This document shows, piece by piece, positions 58,399 to 64,000 of a stretch of DNA of 64,000 bases. The notes beneath the pieces are model-generated. The model searched no databases. It had not been told where the DNA came from and saw only the letters and a program-made list of their open reading frames with translations. Source of the DNA: a phage; assembly GCA_017003895.1 (NCBI GenBank), contig GCA_017003895.1_4520.1. One strand, written 5' to 3'. Within the stretch, counting starts at the first letter, position 1; the number at the start of each line of letters is the position of its first letter. The translations under genes and the position numbers were made by a program.

Positions 58399-60612
58399 TT
58401 ATTTGGCCGCTTCCACGGCCTTCATGAATTTAACGATTTGAGCGACCTGTTCTTTGGAAAGAGTACCACGTCGTCCCATGTATTCTGACACAATATGATA
58501 ATTGGTTTCGAATTCAATAACCATTTTATCATCATTATCGTAAGCATTATCTTTAAGCTTATCGAAAATTTTAGCACATAATTCTAACTTCTTATTCAGG
58601 TCTCTGTTATCAGCACCTGCGAATCGATTCCATCCCCAGCGATTATTTACTGTTGAGAGTTTTGCAAAGTCTTTACTGATTTCTTTGTTCTTAGAGCTAA
58701 AATACTTACTAAGGAAGTTAAGCTCTTCATTACGAGTAATATGGTTTAGATAGGGCTGTGCTCTACGACTTGGTGATACATACTCATCATAATCTACTTT
58801 ATCGATTAGCGTAATATAGTCATTAATTGATTTTTCGAACAAGCATTCTACTTCGCCAAGTTTACGAACTTTCTTAGCAATCTGTGGGCGAACTACAGTG
58901 AACTCTTTAATACCTGACAAATCAGCAATACGAGTCAAGAAATTAGAGTCATAGTTTAACCAACCTTTATCTGCGACAAGACATTCAGCATTAGAACGAT
59001 TACGAATTACAACATAACCTTGAATCTCATCAGCTTTACTAGCCGGAATAAAGAGATCTTCTGATACCCAAACATCGTTTTCATTCTTAAAGAACCGATG
59101 AGCACTTGGGGATTTAGGACGAGGCTGCGATGAACGTTCTTTAACTTCAATCCATGGTTTAACTAATGCAAGAATTTCAGAGGTCTTATAAAATTTAAGG
59201 CTATCACCAGCGAAAATAACCTTTAATCGTTCCAGAAGTTTCATTGCAACTTCATCTTCCGGGTTAATGAATAATACGCTACTACCATATCCAGAAGGAA
59301 CCTTATCAACGAGTGTTGATGCATCTGTGGAAGTCAAAGCATCGTTCAGAGCACGCATCATTGGTACGCGGCCTTTCACATCATCAATAACAATATCAAT
59401 ATGCTTACGACTAATACCTAGCAGGCTATTAATTGAAATAGTTGTAGACGAGCTTCCGCTTTCACGAATACGACGAAGTCGTGGGTCTGAAACGATATCA
59501 TATACAACACCAAGGTTGCACCATTCAGGTCCCATTTTAAAACGTTTGTACAACTCAGAATAAGTTAGTTGTTCTTTAGAATATTTCAGTGATTCAATAT
59601 TAGAACCGGCTTTTTCCATGTATTTACGAGCAGAGTAACCAAGAGAATCGATTTCACGGAATACATGACGTGGATATTCACAATCAATCCATTTCTTAGA
59701 ATCTTCAGCAAATAATTTTGCATCGATTTCTGCAACGCGTTTATGGATATTTGCTACTGTACGTTTATCAAATGACAATGCTTCACGAGACGGGGCTACA
59801 TCTAGTTCACCCATAGGGAATTTAATATAAGCTGTAGTGCATCGCGTCATCATCCATGTTTGTTCTTTAATAACACTTCCGATTGGATATACAATACCAC
59901 CATAAACAGCCATGATATTACCACGTTCACCCCATGGAGCTTCCTTGGCTAAATATACATCGTCAAATTCAGGAAAGTATTTAATATCTTTAACACCGCG
60001 AACTTCTGCAATATCACCTAGAGGACGCATAACATAAGCAATTTCGGATGCGAACTTTTCAAAATCTTCTGGGTTAACAGGCACAACTACTTCAACGCCG
60101 GTTCGGTCATCAGGACCCATCTTATCTACAAAGGTTGGCTTAATTTGTGGACCACTGTCATCTTGATAAATTACATAACCACGAACTTCACCATTATGAT
60201 AAGAAGTAATGTTAAACGTATCAGTATATGCTAATGGAGCTTTAGAACCGAGACCGAAACCACCAATGAAATCGTTACTCGATGTTTTAGTTGAAGCAAA
60301 ATATGAGTTATAGATTCCTGGCTCTTCGTCGTTACCTCGAATGGTGAAATCACTCATACCAGGACCAAAGTCTCGAACTACAAAACGTGGGTCTAAACGA
60401 CCTGGAGCCTGAACAATAAACTTATCAGTGCAACCATTAAGAATTTGTCCATCGATACAGTTTGTGATTAATTCACGTACACAAGCCAATTCTTTGTTTG
60501 TATAAAGGTCATTAGACAAAATCTTATAAACTTTGCTATTGCCTTGAATAGTGAATGCTGTGCTCTTACCGCCTGAACCAATAATCGTTTCTTTAGCCGT
60601 TTCAATAATCAT
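58399..60612 (-). CDS. rIIA: rIIA protein
   Basis: 737 aa; N-terminal GHKL-type ATPase-like region; adjacent to rIIB. Confidence 0.88.
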   Translation of the reverse strand: MIIETAKETIIGSGGKSTAFTIQGNSKVYKILSNDLYTNKELACVRELITNCIDGQILNGCTDKFIVQAPGRLDPRFVVRDFGPGMSDFTIRGNDEEPGIYNSYFASTKTSSNDFIGGFGLGSKAPLAYTDTFNITSYHNGEVRGYVIYQDDSGPQIKPTFVDKMGPDDRTGVEVVVPVNPEDFEKFASEIAYVMRPLGDIAEVRGVKDIKYFPEFDDVYLAKEAPWGERGNIMAVYGGIVYPIGSVIKEQTWMMTRCTTAYIKFPMGELDVAPSREALSFDKRTVANIHKRVAEIDAKLFAEDSKKWIDCEYPRHVFREIDSLGYSARKYMEKAGSNIESLKYSKEQLTYSELYKRFKMGPEWCNLGVVYDIVSDPRLRRIRESGSSSTTISINSLLGISRKHIDIVIDDVKGRVPMMRALNDALTSTDASTLVDKVPSGYGSSVLFINPEDEVAMKLLERLKVIFAGDSLKFYKTSEILALVKPWIEVKERSSQPRPKSPSAHRFFKNENDVWVSEDLFIPASKADEIQGYVVIRNRSNAECLVADKGWLNYDSNFLTRIADLSGIKEFTVVRPQIAKKVRKLGEVECLFEKSINDYITLIDKVDYDEYVSPSRRAQPYLNHITRNEELNFLSKYFSSKNKEISKDFAKLSTVNNRWGWNRFAGADNRDLNKKLELCAKIFDKLKDNAYDNDDKMVIEFETNYHIVSEYMGRRGTLSKEQVAQIVKFMKAVEAAK

Positions 60613-60624
60613 ATTTTTCTCTCA

Positions 60625-60825
60625 TCACAAGTTACGTTTAAAAATTTCTGCTACTTCAAGAAGTTCTTCTTTAGTAGCTGTATCGGTTTGTATTTTATAT
60701 CGAATTTCTTTAAAGCGTTCTTTAAATGACTCTGCTGATTCGATATCAAAAAATCTTTGGATAAGTCGGAATTCCCGGAGCACCGCTTTATCAAAAAGTT
60801 CCAAGTCCACGTTATACGTTCTCAT
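60625..60825 (-). CDS. hypothetical protein (rIIA.1 position)
   Basis: 66 aa ORF upstream of rIIA. Confidence 0.5.
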   Translation of the reverse strand: MRTYNVDLELFDKAVLREFRLIQRFFDIESAESFKERFKEIRYKIQTDTATKEELLEVAEIFKRNL

Positions 60826-60917
60826 AATATTCTCTTCAGTAGATTGCTAGGGCACTATTACTAAAGACCATATAATTTATCATCTTATGTGTAATAGTGC
60901 CTCAGGCTATTCAGGAT

Positions 60918-62018
60918 TTACGCTGTGAAGATTTTATCCCACATCGCAACAACTGCATCTCGATTATACTTCTTCCATACTGCTTCAGCACGTTTAACTC
61001 GAGCTTCGTATGTGTCAGTGAATTCTAATACAGCTTTTGTGTAAAGCGCAACTACTTCTTTCTTAGGAGTGGAGGAATCAATTTCTACACGCACAGTATC
61101 TGGGTCGTATTCGAATGTCGCATGAGGATAATCCTTAAAAACTAACTGGATTACAGGGACACCTTTAGAGATGGCTTCAATAGAACTATTCTCTACCGTA
61201 CCTGTGTCAGGACATGTATTAATAAGTGCTTTAGCTGTTTTAAGACGTTCCATGATTTCACTGTGTGGAGCATCAATAATAACAGGATATTTAGCTGGTG
61301 GTGCCCATTTGCTTGGACAATAACCAATACCATTTTCGCCTAGTGCTTTAATTGCTTCAAGAGCAACATCAGTGCGACGCATCTTAGTGTCATAACGTTG
61401 AGCACTAATAATCAAATCAGTTGCCGGGAGAACTTCTGGCTTTTCAGACAAACAAATAACCGGGTAGTCATCAGGTTCAAATAATGGATTTTCACGCCAG
61501 TAGTCATAATCAATTTTGTCAGTAAGAGCTGAAGTCATATGACAATATTTACGTTCAAATTCACGGAATGCTTTAGTAGGAGCATAGCTCTTCCCACCGT
61601 TCTTGTGAATCTGGATAGTCTGATCCCAAATTTGAACAATACCACGAGACACAGGTTCAAACGGCGTAGCCATAAAATTCTTATGAACTTTAGAGAGTCC
61701 AGCATCTTTAATTGCCTGAACGGTTAGTTTAGTCGGTTCCATAGTAACAACAAAATCGTATTCATGGATGCCGGCTAGTTCAACAATCTTACGAGCCATA
61801 GTATAACTCATACCTAGACTGAATTTAGTCAGATGACCAACAGGATGGTGTGTAACTTTCCAGTCACCAAACGTGTCATTATCAAAGCCGATATAATCAA
61901 TATCAGCACCGATGGACACAAGATATTTCAACACATTTAAATGTACTGCTTCAAGTCCACCTTGTACACGGTCAGGATTAAATGGGACTGCACGAGATGG
62001 GATAAACATAACTTTCAT
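60918..62018 (-). CDS. putative GT-B-fold (GT4-like) glycosyltransferase
   Basis: 366 aa; N-terminal MKVMFIP…GGLEAV (GT4-like donor-domain start) and C-terminal E-x7-E-like block …ENSSIEAISKGVPVI…; sits between rIIA.1 and gene 39. Confidence 0.6.
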   Translation of the reverse strand: MKVMFIPSRAVPFNPDRVQGGLEAVHLNVLKYLVSIGADIDYIGFDNDTFGDWKVTHHPVGHLTKFSLGMSYTMARKIVELAGIHEYDFVVTMEPTKLTVQAIKDAGLSKVHKNFMATPFEPVSRGIVQIWDQTIQIHKNGGKSYAPTKAFREFERKYCHMTSALTDKIDYDYWRENPLFEPDDYPVICLSEKPEVLPATDLIISAQRYDTKMRRTDVALEAIKALGENGIGYCPSKWAPPAKYPVIIDAPHSEIMERLKTAKALINTCPDTGTVENSSIEAISKGVPVIQLVFKDYPHATFEYDPDTVRVEIDSSTPKKEVVALYTKAVLEFTDTYEARVKRAEAVWKKYNRDAVVAMWDKIFTA

Positions 62019-62029
62019 AATTAAGCCTT

Positions 62030-62060
62030 ATTAAAATTAAAATGAAGCTCCCGAAGGAGC
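62030..62060 (-). terminator. stem-loop/terminator between gene 39 and the glycosyltransferase gene
   Basis: GCTCC cgaa GGAGC (62047-62060) abutting the gene 39 stop, T-rich tract on the minus strand. Confidence 0.5.
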
Positions 62061-63878
62061 TTAGGACATCCATTCTTTACGAAGTTCTGAATCATCACCC
62101 ATCAACATTTCAAATAGTTCTTTCCAATTTTCAGGAAGTTTAACTACGTCGTACACAGGGTTCTGAATCATTTCACGATATTCTGACTTTTCAAGGGAGC
62201 CTAATCCCTTGATGTATCGAATACTATGCTTAGGCAGTGTATCTTTAACTTCTTCATACTCAGCTACAGTATAAAACCATTTTTGAGTTTTGCCAATTTG
62301 TGCAATAATTACAGGCGTTTTAACAAAGCGAATACGTCCCTGTTCAAACAATTCAGGCCAATTACTAAAGAAAGCAAGCAAAGCCGGATAAATACTTCCA
62401 AGACCGTCATGATCGGCATCGGTCATAATTGCAATATTACGATAGTTCGTATTCTCTGCCTTTTCGCCAAGAATAAGACCTGTGATAGCACAGATATCAA
62501 AGAGCTCTTTGTTCTTCATCATATCAGCATATGACATACCCCAGCTATTCATCACCTTACCACGTAACGGGAATCCACCGTGTAGTTCACGGTCACGAAC
62601 ATCAATGAGATAACCAATTGCCGAATCACCTTCTGTTAAGAACAATGTCGTATCTGCATCTTTACCGCATTGGTTAGCTTTAATATGCTTATGAACCTTA
62701 GCTTTAGTTGCCTTTTTAGCTGCTTTAGTTTCTGCAGCCTTTTCTGCTGCCAATTTACGAGCTAATGCTGCTTCAACAATAGGCATAATCAAGGCTTCGT
62801 TTTTAAGAAGTGCCTGAGCAATTTTCTTAGCATCTAATTGGATATGATTACGAATATCACCATACGTTGACGTTAAACGTTCTTTAGTCTGAGAATCAAA
62901 ACGCATATTGCTCATGTCTCTAATAAACATCAACATTGTGAGGCATTCTTTAACACGAGCTTTAGTGACTTCAATACCCTTATATTTCTTTTTAATACCT
63001 GGCAAAAGATGTTCGCAGATATCATCCATTACACATTCAACATGATGACCACCATTTTTAGTATGGATGTTATTCACATAAGTTAAATGACGGAAGCCAT
63101 CTGGTGATGTTGTGAATGCTATAGAGACTTTATCATTTTCTTGAATGATGTTATCTTCACCAAATTGTTTAGCAAATCGTTTAAAATTACCATCAACCTT
63201 TTTACCATTAAATGTGAACTTGATATCAGGATAAACGACTGCCAATGTTTGAAGTCGGTCTAAAGTAATATCTAAATAAATTTGAGATAAATTATGCTCT
63301 TCAAATGAAGAGAAATCAGGAGTGAAGATTACTTTAGTGCCTTTACCTTTAGATTTCTTAGAAGACCATGATTTGTTTTCCATTCCGTTTGAACAGTTAA
63401 CAGTGATTTCGTTTTCGCCATCTGACGTGATGCCTGTAAACAACGTAGAGAAGATATTAGTTAAACTACTCCCGACGCCGTTCATACCACCAGTCTTGCG
63501 TTCAGAGTCATCACCAAAGTTACCACCGGCCTTTGGAATAGTCCAGGCTGCTACAGGCCCAGGAATTTGTTCACCTGTTTGGTCAGTAACTAAACCTTGA
63601 GGAATACCACGCCCGTTATCTTCCACCGAAACTTGATTATTTTTAATTTGCACATCAATTTTATTTGCAAACTTAAATGATGTACGAATAGCTTCATCAA
63701 CCGAGTTGTCAATAATCTCATCGATTAATTTAACCAGACCAGGAACATATTCAACTTGTTGATATTTACCAAACAAAAAACGCTCATGTGCTTCTTTAGC
63801 AGAAGAACCAATATACATACCACTACGTTTCTTAATATGTTCTACATCTGACAATACCTTAATTTCATTTTTAATCAT
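62061..63878 (-). CDS. 39: DNA topoisomerase II large subunit (colinear gene 39+60 equivalent)
   Basis: 605 aa; GyrB-like ATPase and TOPRIM regions in one uninterrupted ORF (T4 splits this into gp39 ~516 aa and gp60 ~160 aa). Confidence 0.88.
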   Translation of the reverse strand: MIKNEIKVLSDVEHIKKRSGMYIGSSAKEAHERFLFGKYQQVEYVPGLVKLIDEIIDNSVDEAIRTSFKFANKIDVQIKNNQVSVEDNGRGIPQGLVTDQTGEQIPGPVAAWTIPKAGGNFGDDSERKTGGMNGVGSSLTNIFSTLFTGITSDGENEITVNCSNGMENKSWSSKKSKGKGTKVIFTPDFSSFEEHNLSQIYLDITLDRLQTLAVVYPDIKFTFNGKKVDGNFKRFAKQFGEDNIIQENDKVSIAFTTSPDGFRHLTYVNNIHTKNGGHHVECVMDDICEHLLPGIKKKYKGIEVTKARVKECLTMLMFIRDMSNMRFDSQTKERLTSTYGDIRNHIQLDAKKIAQALLKNEALIMPIVEAALARKLAAEKAAETKAAKKATKAKVHKHIKANQCGKDADTTLFLTEGDSAIGYLIDVRDRELHGGFPLRGKVMNSWGMSYADMMKNKELFDICAITGLILGEKAENTNYRNIAIMTDADHDGLGSIYPALLAFFSNWPELFEQGRIRFVKTPVIIAQIGKTQKWFYTVAEYEEVKDTLPKHSIRYIKGLGSLEKSEYREMIQNPVYDVVKLPENWKELFEMLMGDDSELRKEWMS

Positions 63879-63920
63879 GTTGTCTCCTCGTTATGAAGGT
63901 ATTCTATCATCCGAAATCTA

Positions 63921-63947
63921 AAGCAAAAAGGGCCGAAGCCCTTATTT
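63921..63947. terminator. bidirectional-type terminator upstream of gene 39
   Basis: aaaaa GGGC cgaa GCCC ttattt, flanked by A- and T-runs. Confidence 0.5.
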
Positions 63948-64000
63948 AAATTTAATTTTCTGAAGTGCATCAATTGCAGCTAAACGCCCTTGTTCACTTT
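63942..64000 (-). CDS. 3' end of an upstream minus-strand gene (partial)
   Basis: Only one reverse frame is open to the window edge (…SEQGRLAAIDALQKIKFK*); stop at 63942-63944 abuts a terminator. Confidence 0.3.
   Translation of the reverse strand, partial: SEQGRLAAIDALQKIKFK

Overview
This window reads as a contiguous 64 kb segment of a T4-like (Tevenvirinae) myovirus genome, densely coding with very short intergenic spacers. All calls come from reading the translations and DNA motifs against remembered T4 proteins; no database search was run. Gene order is syntenic with T4: [end of a head gene]-rnlB-hoc-inh-uvsW-uvsW.1-uvsY-25-26-51-27-28-29-48-54-alt-30-30.x-rIII-31-cd-[DAHP synthase]-pseT-spanins-alc-rnlA-denA-nrdB-nrdA-td-frd-32-59-33-dsbA-rnh-34-35-36-37-38-t-asiA-(small ORFs)-motA-52-(two micro-ORFs)-ndd-denB-rIIB-rIIA-[glycosyltransferase]-39. 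I found no rRNA, tRNA, CRISPR array, transposase or integrase. Regulatory signals are abundant: T4 late promoters (TATAAATA), sigma70-like early promoters (GTTTAC, 17-18 nt, TAnnAT) on the minus strand, one MotA-type middle promoter upstream of uvsY, and many GC-stem/tetraloop terminators. The most unusual content relative to the T4 backbone is: (1) a full-length class I DAHP synthase translationally coupled to cd; (2) a GT-B-like glycosyltransferase in the rIIA-39 gap, a candidate DNA sugar-modification enzyme; (3) a colinear, bypass-free 39+60 topoisomerase subunit; (4) a Hoc with a tandemly duplicated Ig-like domain; (5) a gp37 with a C-terminal chaperone-like tail followed by a glycine-rich gp38 adhesin; (6) an extra ORF between frd and td; and (7) an ADP-ribosylation-related gene set (Alt, HAD-type hydrolase, NADAR-like). 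No single locus here is demonstrably an undescribed system from sequence alone; the DAHP synthase and the glycosyltransferase are the best candidates.
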